The notes below the pieces were generated by a model. It was not told the origin of the DNA. It saw only the letters and a program-made list of their open reading frames with translations, and did not search any database. Positions 1-8,196 of a DNA stretch of 61,943 nucleotides are shown here, one piece after another. The DNA comes from Acutalibacteraceae bacterium (GTDB lineage: Bacteria; Bacillota; Clostridia; Oscillospirales; Acutalibacteraceae). The position numbers and the translations under genes were made by a program. Numbering within the stretch: the stretch's first letter is position 1; every line of letters begins with the position of its first letter. The stretch lies in NCBI GenBank assembly GCA_045634165.1, contig JAZQZU010000050.1, forward strand, positions 1 to 61,943, read 5' to 3'.

Positions 1-55
1 GAGCGCCACCTTGCCAAGGTGGAGGTAGCGAGTTCGAGCCTCGTCATCCGCTCCA
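1..55 (+). tRNA. tRNA-Gly (anticodon GCC), 3' portion only; the 5' end lies outside the window
   Basis: Anticodon stem-loop ccacc-ttGCCaa-ggtgg at 6-22. T-arm gcgag-ttcgagc-ctcgt at 28-44. Acceptor 3' strand catccgc plus discriminator t plus CCA ends at 55. Confidence 0.85.
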
Positions 56-66
56 TTTTTTTATAT

Positions 67-141
67 GGCGACATAGCCAAGTGGTAAGGCGTGGGTCTGC
101 AACACCCTGATTCATCAGTTCAAATCTGATTGTCGCCTCCA
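67..141 (+). tRNA. tRNA-Cys (anticodon GCA)
   Basis: Acceptor ggcgaca / tgtcgcc. Anticodon loop ctGCAac. T-arm atcag-ttcaaat-ctgat. Encoded CCA end. 75 nt in total. Confidence 0.9.
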
Positions 142-147
142 TAAAAA

Positions 148-180
148 GAAAGACACGCAAATAGCGTGTCTTTTCTTTTT
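148..180 (+). terminator. Rho-independent terminator after the tRNA-Gly/tRNA-Cys unit
   Basis: Stem gaaagacacgc / gcgtgtctttc with an aaata loop, followed by a T-run (ttttcttttt). Confidence 0.7.
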
Positions 181-182
181 CA

Positions 183-490
183 ATGAAATTTGCTTCGGCA
201 AGTGAAATAGCTTCGCTTTGAAATATTTACTCCGTAAATGTGAAATATTCGCTAACGCGAATGTTGGCAAATTTTATTTCACATTGCGACAAAGGAGCAA
301 TATTTCACATTTTGCGCAGCAAAATATTCCACTAAATATAGGGTGAAGTTTATAATTTGTTTTATAATTGAGATTTTTGTTTTATTTATTCGTTTGTGCG
401 TACACAAAACGAAGTTACCTTGCGGCAAATGAAGTGCTTACGCAATGAAGTGGCTTCGCCAATGAAGTTGCCTACGGGCAAATGGGTTTT
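183..490. repeat. Array of about 13 short hairpins, each preceded by the word (A/G)TGAA(A/G)T. Four units face forward, three face the other way, then six face forward again.
   Basis: TGAAAT at 184, 203, 219 and 241, each followed by a hairpin: ttgc-ttcg-gcaa, agc-ttc-gct, atttac-tcc-gtaaat, attcgc-taac-gcgaat. The reverse complement ATTTCA/ATTCCA at 276, 302 and 326 is flanked by attgc...gcaat and attttgc-gca-gcaaaat. (T)GAAGT at 344, 411, 430, 446 and 463 is followed by ggc-ttc-gcc, tgcc-tacg-ggca and similar hairpins. No ORF is present. Confidence 0.6.
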
Positions 491-502
491 ATCCACATCA
501 GA

Positions 503-531
503 TTGTATTTTCAGATTATCTGTGCTATAAT
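503..531 (+). promoter_or_regulatory. Sigma-A type promoter for the beta-helix hydrolase gene
   Basis: -35 ttgtat (503-508), 17-nt spacer, extended -10 tgcTATAAT (523-531). Confidence 0.5.
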
Positions 532-562
532 CTGTTCGACAAATAATATTTTGTGGACATAA

Positions 563-574
563 GCAAACGTTTGC
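563..574. promoter_or_regulatory. Perfect 12-bp palindrome GCAAACGTTTGC, operator-like (LacI/CcpA-family style), in the 5' UTR of the hydrolase gene
   Basis: Self-complementary gcaaac/gtttgc lies about 30 nt downstream of the predicted -10 and 23 nt upstream of the ATG at 597. The CAAACGTTTG core is typical of LacI-family operators. Confidence 0.35.
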
Positions 575-596
575 GTAAAGAATAGGAGGAAAGATA

Positions 597-2234
597 ATGC
601 AAGTTATCGTTAAATTTTTGTTTACACTTTTTACAACTTTTTCAATTCTTTGTTCAAATTTGTTTTTTCCCGGAACGGTTTATCCCGAAAGTGAGAATTT
701 TGATTTTTCATATCTTGAATATCCTGATGAAGCAATAATCACACTTGAGGAGGCAGGACTTACCGAGCAGGAACTTGTAGGTAGAGCCTCGGCTCAGCTG
801 CCTGAATATGTGCAGTCCGGCGGATATGACGATATAAACGGCATAACCATATCACCTTATTATACCGCAAGGGTAAGTGGGGTTGAAATTCCCGTTTATG
901 CTTCTGTTGTTTTTATTCGTGTTGATGATACAGGTACACTGCATTCATTTTCTGAGATTTACGTTGATTCAAGCGAAGATTTTTCATTCAATATTGAGAT
1001 AATCGGTGCTGATGTTGAGCTTAAAAATGCTATTGTACTTCCTGAATCCCATGGTGTTGAAGCTCAGTGTATGGGCAACAGAGTTACTGCATCCATTAAT
1101 AAGACAGGCGTTTATACCTTCCTTTTCAACGACGCAAACCAGTATTACGGCTATACTCTTATGGTGCGCGAAAAGGTTGATGAGGATAAAGAAATTGCGC
1201 AGTATATTGAGCAATACGGTGAAGATAATGTCTGGGTTATTGACAAAGGCGTGTACGAATACGACTATGTTAACCTCGTTGGTCACAAAGATCTTGTTAT
1301 TTATCTGCGCGAAGGTGCTTATGTGATTGCAAACCACCTTTTTGATATTAATTGCGCCGAGGATGAAAACAAATACTTAGAGCCTACTGCTCCCGGAGAT
1401 AATGCTTTCGGACTTACAAGGTATCCTTTTATAAATTTCTATAAATGCGAAAACATAACTCTTGCCGGTAGAGGTGTAATTGATATGACACGTCTTGACA
1501 GACGTGAGAGAAGGGGAGTTGTTTTCACTAATTGTAATGACGTTACCGTTAAAGATGTGAAAATTATCAACTCGCCCGAATGGTCATTTATTTCGTATTG
1601 CTGTACCGATGTTGATATAGACAATGTTGATATCATCGGCAACCGTGGTAACTGCGACGGCTTAGCAATCTGTAACAGCCATAATGTAACTATTGATAAC
1701 TGCTTTGCAAGAGTAGCGGATGATACCTTCGAGGTAAAGGCTCTCGGCGGTACAATGGACAGTAAAAATATCACATTCACAAACTGCATCGCCTGGGGCG
1801 GATATGCAAGATGCTTCGGTATTACGGGCGAAGTGAACAAGAAGATTTCTGATGCAACTTTCCGTGACTGTGCCGTAATTTACCGTGACGGTATATGGGA
1901 TAATGACCGAATCGGCTCACTTGTTGTTGTAGCTGAGCAGACCGAGGGCAGTATTGACGGAGTTCTATTCGAAAATATTGAGATATTCCGTGATGAAGGC
2001 AGACCGATTCTTGTGAAGATTTATGATGAAGAAGCAGAAAATTTTGAGATTAAAAACATCGTATTCAGAAATATTTCTTATACTTCATATATGAGCCCGA
2101 AAATCGCCGGTACAAACAGCGACACAAACACAGTTCAGGTTGAACTAGATGGTATTACATCTAACGGAAATGAACTTCAATCTCCGGAAATAAGGTTCAT
2201 CATCGGTAAATATTGTGATGTAACTTCTAAATAA
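597..2234 (+). CDS. Secreted right-handed beta-helix (pectin-lyase fold) glycoside hydrolase, GH28/GH49-like
   Basis: RBS AGGAGG 7 nt upstream. Hydrophobic N-terminal signal-like segment. Repeated coil motifs NCNDVTVKDVKIINS, GNCDGLAICNSHNVTIDNC and ADDTFEVKA resemble the GH28 NTDG / GDDC catalytic strands. Confidence 0.7.
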   Translation: MQVIVKFLFTLFTTFSILCSNLFFPGTVYPESENFDFSYLEYPDEAIITLEEAGLTEQELVGRASAQLPEYVQSGGYDDINGITISPYYTARVSGVEIPVYASVVFIRVDDTGTLHSFSEIYVDSSEDFSFNIEIIGADVELKNAIVLPESHGVEAQCMGNRVTASINKTGVYTFLFNDANQYYGYTLMVREKVDEDKEIAQYIEQYGEDNVWVIDKGVYEYDYVNLVGHKDLVIYLREGAYVIANHLFDINCAEDENKYLEPTAPGDNAFGLTRYPFINFYKCENITLAGRGVIDMTRLDRRERRGVVFTNCNDVTVKDVKIINSPEWSFISYCCTDVDIDNVDIIGNRGNCDGLAICNSHNVTIDNCFARVADDTFEVKALGGTMDSKNITFTNCIAWGGYARCFGITGEVNKKISDATFRDCAVIYRDGIWDNDRIGSLVVVAEQTEGSIDGVLFENIEIFRDEGRPILVKIYDEEAENFEIKNIVFRNISYTSYMSPKIAGTNSDTNTVQVELDGITSNGNELQSPEIRFIIGKYCDVTSK

Positions 2235-2328
2235 TCTTTTTGTATCACCAAACGATGCAATGGGTGCATTAGTAGGGGAGCTTTATAAATAACAATTAGG
2301 TTGTTATATTCTCAAGGTGGTGTTTATT

Positions 2329-2688
2329 ATGAAAAAAATACTGATTCTTTTAATTTCGGTTATCGTTCTTTGCTTATTTGCCGGTTGTTCTAAGGCTGAG
2401 AAAGAAAAATTGGTAATTTCATATGACGATTCGGTTAATGGTTACACCATTTCACTTTATCAGGTTGGTGAACCACAAGGGACTTTTGGTGATGTTACAG
2501 CAAAATTAATTTTACAAGATTCGGCAGGCAATGTAATTGATGAAGAAAATTTTGAACTGGCAAATGACGGAGCAAATGTTGTCATAACTAATATATCTGA
2601 GGTTAATTGGTTTGATGATCGGGTTGAAATTCTTGTGAAAGAGCTTGATACCACAAATCAATATACCTATACTTTGAGTTATAACTGA
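2329..2688 (+). CDS. Small lipoprotein, function unknown
   Basis: ATG at 2329 follows RBS aaggtgg. Signal peptide ends in the lipobox LFAGC-S. The ORF track begins at an upstream GTG (2317). Confidence 0.6.
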   Translation: MKKILILLISVIVLCLFAGCSKAEKEKLVISYDDSVNGYTISLYQVGEPQGTFGDVTAKLILQDSAGNVIDEENFELANDGANVVITNISEVNWFDDRVEILVKELDTTNQYTYTLSYN

Positions 2689-2802
2689 TAAAGCTTTATG
2701 ATATTAATAAATGCTGTATTTGTTCAATGATTTTTATTTTTTACCTTGCACTTAATATTACCTTGTGATATAATAACCGCAGTTTTTTGTCAGGAGATTA
2801 TT

Positions 2803-3408
2803 ATGAAAGAAATGTTTTTAGATTATATCCAAGGTATAATTGCTGAGCCGATTGGTTCTATTTTTGTTTTTCTTGGTATGGGTGCAATTATCGCATCGTA
2901 CTTGTTGAAGGGTAAGAGTATGAAGGTTATTCTCATCCTTGCTTTTCTCAGTAACGCTTTTGTTGCTATCGGTTACCTTTTACAGGGGCAGGGTATTAAC
3001 GGTGCTGCGTCTTGTCTTACAGGTGCGGTTTTCTCCATTATCAACTTTCTGTTTGATAGTAAAAATAAAGAGGTTCCTCGTCCGTTGGTGGCGTTTTACG
3101 GCTTAGCCTTTATTGGTATCAATATTGCGGTTAACTTCAAAAATATGGTCAGTTTTGAGGGCGGGTTCAGCCTTGTACCCATTCAGATTGTTCTTTGTGT
3201 TCTTGCAATTTTAGGATGCCTTGCTTTTGTAATGTGTATTGGTCAGAAAAACGGTGCTAAATATCGTTTTTGGAATATTATGAATATGCTTATGTGGTGT
3301 ACATATGATGTTATTTCAGGTAACTATGTCGTTCTCATTACACACCTTATACAGATGGGCTTTGCAGTTGTTGGTATGATAATCCACGACAGAAAAGTAA
3401 AAAAATAA
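2803..3408 (+). CDS. Polytopic membrane protein, possibly YgjV-like
   Basis: ATG at 2803 follows RBS aggaga. About six hydrophobic helices arranged as two similar halves. The family call is from memory only. Confidence 0.5.
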   Translation: MKEMFLDYIQGIIAEPIGSIFVFLGMGAIIASYLLKGKSMKVILILAFLSNAFVAIGYLLQGQGINGAASCLTGAVFSIINFLFDSKNKEVPRPLVAFYGLAFIGINIAVNFKNMVSFEGGFSLVPIQIVLCVLAILGCLAFVMCIGQKNGAKYRFWNIMNMLMWCTYDVISGNYVVLITHLIQMGFAVVGMIIHDRKVKK

Positions 3409-3421
3409 TATAGCAAAATTA

Positions 3422-3465
3422 CAGAAACCCGTAAACCTTGATGTGGTTACGGGTTTCTGGTTTTT
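3422..3465. terminator. Bidirectional terminator between convergent genes
   Basis: Stem cagaaacccgtaa / ttacgggtttctg followed by ttttt, with an A-rich tract on the other side. Confidence 0.7.
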
Positions 3466-3469
3466 ATTG

Positions 3470-5029
3470 TTAAATATTGTAGTATTCTTTAAGTTTGTTG
3501 ATTTCCTCATCACCGAAAGCGCCTTCGAAGATGAGTAAATCATCAATATTAAATATCTGTTCAATTTCGTTGTTGTATGTTCCTAAACCGTCATTTCCTA
3601 CAGTAAAGGGTAAGTTGTCAAGGTCGGAGATGTATTGGGGTCCGAGTTCCGTTTCGTGACATAAAGTGAAGTTATAATAAGTCTGCACCTTGCGATTTTC
3701 CTTGTCAACAACAAACAGGCCGTGCACCCAACCTGTGGAAATTTCAGCAGGGAAGGGTGTTACAAAATCAAAGTCATCATCACCGCAGCCTATGTTTAAA
3801 ATCGTGTTAGAGCATCTTAATGCGAGAAGCACACCTTTTGTACATCGTCTGCCACTCCAGTTTTTATTACCCAATATTGCAGGTTCATCAATTAAGTGAC
3901 GGTCAATTTTTATCCATGCGGCTATTGTGAAGCTCTCTTTGCCGAGTTTAACACTATCATATACAAGGTGTCCGCAATTGCCTAACTCGCCTCTGGCGCC
4001 TCGTACGCCCTCAGAATAGAATTTAACCGTTCCGTGTTGAATGGCGTTGTGTTTACCTGTAATATCATTGAAATCGTTATCAAAGAATAAGGCGAGTTTA
4101 GTTTTTCCTTCGGGGATAAAGGCAGTTAAACCTTTTTCTGAACGATAGTCGGGAGTAGGCTTGGCCTCAGGGTTATAGGGCTTTCCTTCAATTTTTATAT
4201 ATTCACCGGTATAGTCGGGGAATATACCTTTTGGAACCTGTGAACAAAAGCCCTTTATATCGTAGGCTGGAACATCAATTCCCATTGCGTAGAGGATTAT
4301 GGCGTAAAGGTCAACGGTACGCATATTTTCTACGGTTGATTTTTCTATACCTTTACCCCTTGCACCAAAGAAGATATATTTTTCTGTATCCATATATCCG
4401 CCGTGGCCTCTTTCGTATCCGCCGTGGTCGGAGATAACTATAAAGAGAGTTTCGTCAATAATTCCTGCTTCTTCGTAAGCCTTGAAAATACGACCCGTCT
4501 GTTCGTCTTCATAAGTAATTTTTTCAAGATGCTCTTTACTGCCGTAGCCGTGTCGGTGACCTGCACCGTCGGTTTCATCAAAGTGAACGAATAAAAATTT
4601 CGGTTTATTATTAACGCACTCAATTATCTTGTCGGTAAGTTCTTTATCATTGCCGTTTGTGTATTTTTTTACTTCAATATCGTGCTCAATAAGACCGATG
4701 TTTATAGGGTTCCAGTTGCAATATGAAGCGAGATTTGCATCAGGGAAAGCCTGTTTAATTCTTTTGAATAAGGAGGGTAAAACCTCGTCTTTGTGTTCAT
4801 GGTGACCTATAACGCTATTAGTAAGACCATGTACAATTGGTTCTGCACCAAGAAGCATTGCTCCCCAGTTTTCGGCGCTTATTGTAGGGTCCATAGAAAG
4901 ACCGTAGTTTGTAATCGCACCATTTTCAAATATTTTATCAAGATTTGGTGTAAGCGCTTGCATATTAAAATTGCCGATACCGTCAATACCAATTACGGCA
5001 ACATATTTGTAAATTGTTCTTTTTTTCAT
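3470..5029 (-). CDS. Alkaline-phosphatase superfamily enzyme (phosphodiesterase/nucleotide pyrophosphatase type) fused to a C-terminal LamG/concanavalin-like domain
   Basis: Metal-site motifs VIGIDGIG, HFDETDGAGHRHG and VISDHGG in the N-terminal part. The C-terminal roughly 190 aa has a LamG-like pattern (FTIAAWIKID...GNKNW...VGNDG). No signal peptide. Confidence 0.75.
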   Translation of the reverse strand: MKKRTIYKYVAVIGIDGIGNFNMQALTPNLDKIFENGAITNYGLSMDPTISAENWGAMLLGAEPIVHGLTNSVIGHHEHKDEVLPSLFKRIKQAFPDANLASYCNWNPINIGLIEHDIEVKKYTNGNDKELTDKIIECVNNKPKFLFVHFDETDGAGHRHGYGSKEHLEKITYEDEQTGRIFKAYEEAGIIDETLFIVISDHGGYERGHGGYMDTEKYIFFGARGKGIEKSTVENMRTVDLYAIILYAMGIDVPAYDIKGFCSQVPKGIFPDYTGEYIKIEGKPYNPEAKPTPDYRSEKGLTAFIPEGKTKLALFFDNDFNDITGKHNAIQHGTVKFYSEGVRGARGELGNCGHLVYDSVKLGKESFTIAAWIKIDRHLIDEPAILGNKNWSGRRCTKGVLLALRCSNTILNIGCGDDDFDFVTPFPAEISTGWVHGLFVVDKENRKVQTYYNFTLCHETELGPQYISDLDNLPFTVGNDGLGTYNNEIEQIFNIDDLLIFEGAFGDEEINKLKEYYNI

Positions 5030-5037
5030 AATACCAC

Positions 5038-5883
5038 CTATATCTCAAGATATTCTTTTACTGATTCGAGTTTTTGTTTGCAGTCTTCGATGCCGAGGTT
5101 GTACATTTCCTGGAGTTTTTCTTTGTTTCTTTCCAATGTGCCTACTTTTAAATCTTTAGAAGGTCTTATAACGAATACTTTGTTTTCTTCTTCTAATTTA
5201 TCAACATACTCGCATTGTTGGGTGTATCCGGGGTTTCTGTACTTTAAAACCTTGGCGAATTTGGGGTATTTATGATAAATAATATTTGCAAAGGGGATTT
5301 TCATCTGTGGTCTGAAGTCCCTTGTTTTTGTAAGGACGACTATGATTTTGTCATATCCCATTTCCAAAAAATGCTTTACGGGAATACTGTCTACAACACC
5401 GCCGTCAAGATAGGGGGTACCGTCAACGTAAACCGGTTTTGATAAAAACGGTAGTGAACCCGAGGCTCTAAGATATTCAACGCAGTCGTTGTTGTATAGG
5501 TCATTAATATTTTTGTACTCTGCACATCCGGTTTTAAGGTTGGTTACAACTGCAAAAAACTCGGTTTTGGAGTTGTGGTATGTATCTGCATCCATTACGT
5601 CGAGTTCGTAAGGAACTTCACGGAAATAAAAATCCTTGTTCATAACGTTGCCTGTTTTTAAAAAAGACTTTAATCCTAAATGTTCACTGTCACCTGTGTA
5701 TTTTAGGTTGTAACGTAATATTCTGCCGATTTGCTTTGCTTTATAGTTTGTGCCGAATAGTGCACCTGACGAAACGCCTGCAGCTACATCAGTTTCGATA
5801 TTATTTTGTACTAAGACGTCTATAACACCGGCGGTGTATAATGCTTTCATACCGCCGCCTTCAAGAATAAGTGCTGTTTTCAT
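5038..5883 (-). CDS. Patatin-like phospholipase
   Basis: Oxyanion motif LEGGGMKALYTAGV and nucleophile elbow GVSSGA (GxSxG). Confidence 0.85.
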   Translation of the reverse strand: MKTALILEGGGMKALYTAGVIDVLVQNNIETDVAAGVSSGALFGTNYKAKQIGRILRYNLKYTGDSEHLGLKSFLKTGNVMNKDFYFREVPYELDVMDADTYHNSKTEFFAVVTNLKTGCAEYKNINDLYNNDCVEYLRASGSLPFLSKPVYVDGTPYLDGGVVDSIPVKHFLEMGYDKIIVVLTKTRDFRPQMKIPFANIIYHKYPKFAKVLKYRNPGYTQQCEYVDKLEEENKVFVIRPSKDLKVGTLERNKEKLQEMYNLGIEDCKQKLESVKEYLEI

Positions 5884-5917
5884 TTTTCTTCCTCTGTTTT
5901 ATGTGATAATGTAACCT

Positions 5918-6904
5918 TTATTTTAAATCCTGCGGATAAATTATACCCGTCATTTTACGGATTTCATCCATTTGTTTTGCAATGAAAAGTGATTGCTCAA
6001 AGGTGTTGATAGGGCTTTCGGTAAGACCATTATTTATACATTCACAAGTGTGAATGATCTGTTCCTCAAAACCATTGCCCATATAAGGGCAAGAATACTC
6101 AGTTTCTTCGCCGTCATATATTTTGATTTTAATATTCTGTGGAGCGTAGCAACGGTCAATCTGGGCATAACCCTTTGTGCCGTAAAGGAAACCGCCGCCA
6201 TTTTTTCTGAGTAAAACTGCGCTTGAAAGGTCTGCTATTGCACCACTTTTATATTTAATCAAAGTGCAAAGGTGACTGTCAACGCCGTTGAAGTTTTCTG
6301 ACACTGCGCTTAAGCGTTCAACATCGTTTCCAAGATACCAGCTTGAAAAATATAAGCAATAGCAACCAACATCAAGAAGCGAACCACCGCCGTTTTCAAC
6401 CTTTAATGCGTGGTGGTCCATTTCGTCCTCGTCAAAGGCGTAGCAGAATTTGCCTTCGGCACCCTTGATGTCGCCTAAAATTCCGCTTTCGGCAATTTGT
6501 AGTAATTTCAAAGTACCCGGTACAAAACGCGCCCACATACCTTCCATTAGAAATACGTTATTCTTACGTGAAGCATCAATCATTTCCTGAACTTCACGTG
6601 CATTTACTGCTAAAGGCTTTTCAGAAAGGACGTGTTTGCCGTAATTCATAAACATTATTGCATTTTCTGCGTGACCCGAGTGAGGCACTGAAACGTAAAC
6701 CGCATCAATTACGTCGGACTTTGCCATATTTTCATAGCCTTCGAATCTATAGGGTATATTAAATTCATCCGCAAATTCATTTGCATTATCAATGCTTCGC
6801 GATGCAACTGCAGTAAGCTCTGCGTTTGGTACATTTTTGATAGCGTTTGCAAATCTGTGAGCTATATTACCTGGACCCACAATTCCAAAACGGATCGGCT
6901 TCAT
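5918..6904 (-). CDS. Gfo/Idh/MocA family NAD(P)-dependent oxidoreductase
   Basis: N-terminal Rossmann motif RFGIVGPGNIAHRF and the EKP motif (LSEKPLA). Confidence 0.85.
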   Translation of the reverse strand: MKPIRFGIVGPGNIAHRFANAIKNVPNAELTAVASRSIDNANEFADEFNIPYRFEGYENMAKSDVIDAVYVSVPHSGHAENAIMFMNYGKHVLSEKPLAVNAREVQEMIDASRKNNVFLMEGMWARFVPGTLKLLQIAESGILGDIKGAEGKFCYAFDEDEMDHHALKVENGGGSLLDVGCYCLYFSSWYLGNDVERLSAVSENFNGVDSHLCTLIKYKSGAIADLSSAVLLRKNGGGFLYGTKGYAQIDRCYAPQNIKIKIYDGEETEYSCPYMGNGFEEQIIHTCECINNGLTESPINTFEQSLFIAKQMDEIRKMTGIIYPQDLK

Positions 6905-7048
6905 TCAATCACTACCTTAGTTTTTTGTAGAAATATATCGAATTTTGTAAAATCTACAAAATTATAACATATAAAAAATTCTTCTACAATATATAAATAA
7001 AATAAAAAATGTGATATAATAAACGAAAACTTTTCCCGGTGGTGTGTT

Positions 7049-7711
7049 ATGGATATTATTACAGCTATGTACGAGCGAAATTCCGTCAGGCGTTATACTG
7101 ACGAGCCCTTAAGGGCAGATGATGTTGAGAAAATTAACGAAGAAATTGAAAAAATTAATGCAGAAAGTGGTTTGCGTTTTATTCTTGTTACTAACGAGCC
7201 CGAGGCTTTTACGGGTAAAATGGCAAGTTATGGTCATTTCAGCGGTTGTACGGATTACATAGTTTGTATCGGTCACAAGCATAGAGATGAAGATATTGGC
7301 TATTTCGGTGAAAAGCTTGTGCTTTTTTGTCAGTCAATAGGTGTCAACTCCTGTTGGGTAGCCCTTACTTATAGTAAAGGTAAAGTGAAATTCACACTTA
7401 ACAAAGGTGAAAAGTTCTATATTGTCATTTCTCTCGGATATGGTATTCATCAGGGCAGACCACATAAAAACAAGCCCCTTGAGAGTCTGTGTAAATGTAA
7501 TGGTGAAATGCCACAATGGTTTAAAAATGCTATGGACGGTGCCATGACGGCGCCAACTGCTATTAATCAACAGAAATTTTACTTTGAATTAATTGGTGAT
7601 AAAAAAGTGAAAGCTAAGGCACTTCTTGGTCCATATTCAAAAATGGATTTGGGTATTGTAAAATATCATTTTGAATTAGGTGCTGGTGAATCTGAATTCG
7701 AGTGGGTGTGA
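7049..7711 (+). CDS. Nitroreductase family protein
   Basis: N-terminal RNSVRRYTDEPL motif typical of the nitroreductase fold. RBS ggtggtg. Confidence 0.75.
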   Translation: MDIITAMYERNSVRRYTDEPLRADDVEKINEEIEKINAESGLRFILVTNEPEAFTGKMASYGHFSGCTDYIVCIGHKHRDEDIGYFGEKLVLFCQSIGVNSCWVALTYSKGKVKFTLNKGEKFYIVISLGYGIHQGRPHKNKPLESLCKCNGEMPQWFKNAMDGAMTAPTAINQQKFYFELIGDKKVKAKALLGPYSKMDLGIVKYHFELGAGESEFEWV

Positions 7712-7715
7712 TAAT

Positions 7716-8186
7716 TTGATACGCATTATGTTTGTCTGCCACGGCAATATCTGCCGTAGCCCTATGGCAGAGTTTGTTTTTAAGGATATGATTTATAAAA
7801 AGGGTATGAGTGATAAGTTTTTTGTTTTGTCATCCGCCACAAGCACGGAGGAAATATGGAATGGTGTGGGTAATCCCGTTTATCCTCCTGCTAAACGTGT
7901 TTTGAATGCTCACGGAATAAACTGTGATGGTAAAAGGGCAGTACAGTTAAAAAGTGCCGACTACGATAATTTTGATTATTTTATCGGTATGGATGGAGCA
8001 AATATCCGTAATATGAATAGAATATTAATGGGCGACCCCGACAATAAAATTTATAAATTACTTACCTTTGCGGGGCGTTCGGATGATGTGGCTGACCCTT
8101 GGTACACAGGTGATTTTGACACCACCTATAATGATGTATTTGAAGGGTGCAAGGCTTTACTTGAATATATTTTAAATAACAGTTGA
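7716..8186 (+). CDS. Low-molecular-weight protein-tyrosine phosphatase
   Basis: P-loop CHGNICRSPMAE and a C-terminal DPWY motif. The start is uncertain: TTG 7716 or ATG 7728. Confidence 0.85.
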   Translation: MIRIMFVCHGNICRSPMAEFVFKDMIYKKGMSDKFFVLSSATSTEEIWNGVGNPVYPPAKRVLNAHGINCDGKRAVQLKSADYDNFDYFIGMDGANIRNMNRILMGDPDNKIYKLLTFAGRSDDVADPWYTGDFDTTYNDVFEGCKALLEYILNNS

Positions 8187-8196
8187 TGGTGGTTTT

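Noticed and set aside
183-490. Possible CRISPR array in the repeat-rich gap after tRNA-Cys.
   Set aside because: The repeat word is only 6-7 nt and the unit period is 16-22 nt. The units are not identical and they switch orientation. No cas genes occur in the window.
984-1840. Antisense and alternative-frame ORFs of 60-160 aa inside larger genes. Examples are 984..1337, 1006..1326, 1439..1840, 30397..30807, 35111..35581, 37409..37855 and 60213..60680, with many others in the track.
   Set aside because: They lie entirely within, or heavily overlap, long ORFs with clear family motifs. Their translations are low-complexity or Leu/Ser/Arg-rich, as expected for shadow frames. None has a convincing RBS.
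5038-5883. Patatin-like lipase as a CBASS or other defence effector.
   Set aside because: No cyclase/nucleotidyltransferase, SMODS, TIR, STING or other signalling partner is nearby. The gene is embedded in a metabolic-looking operon.
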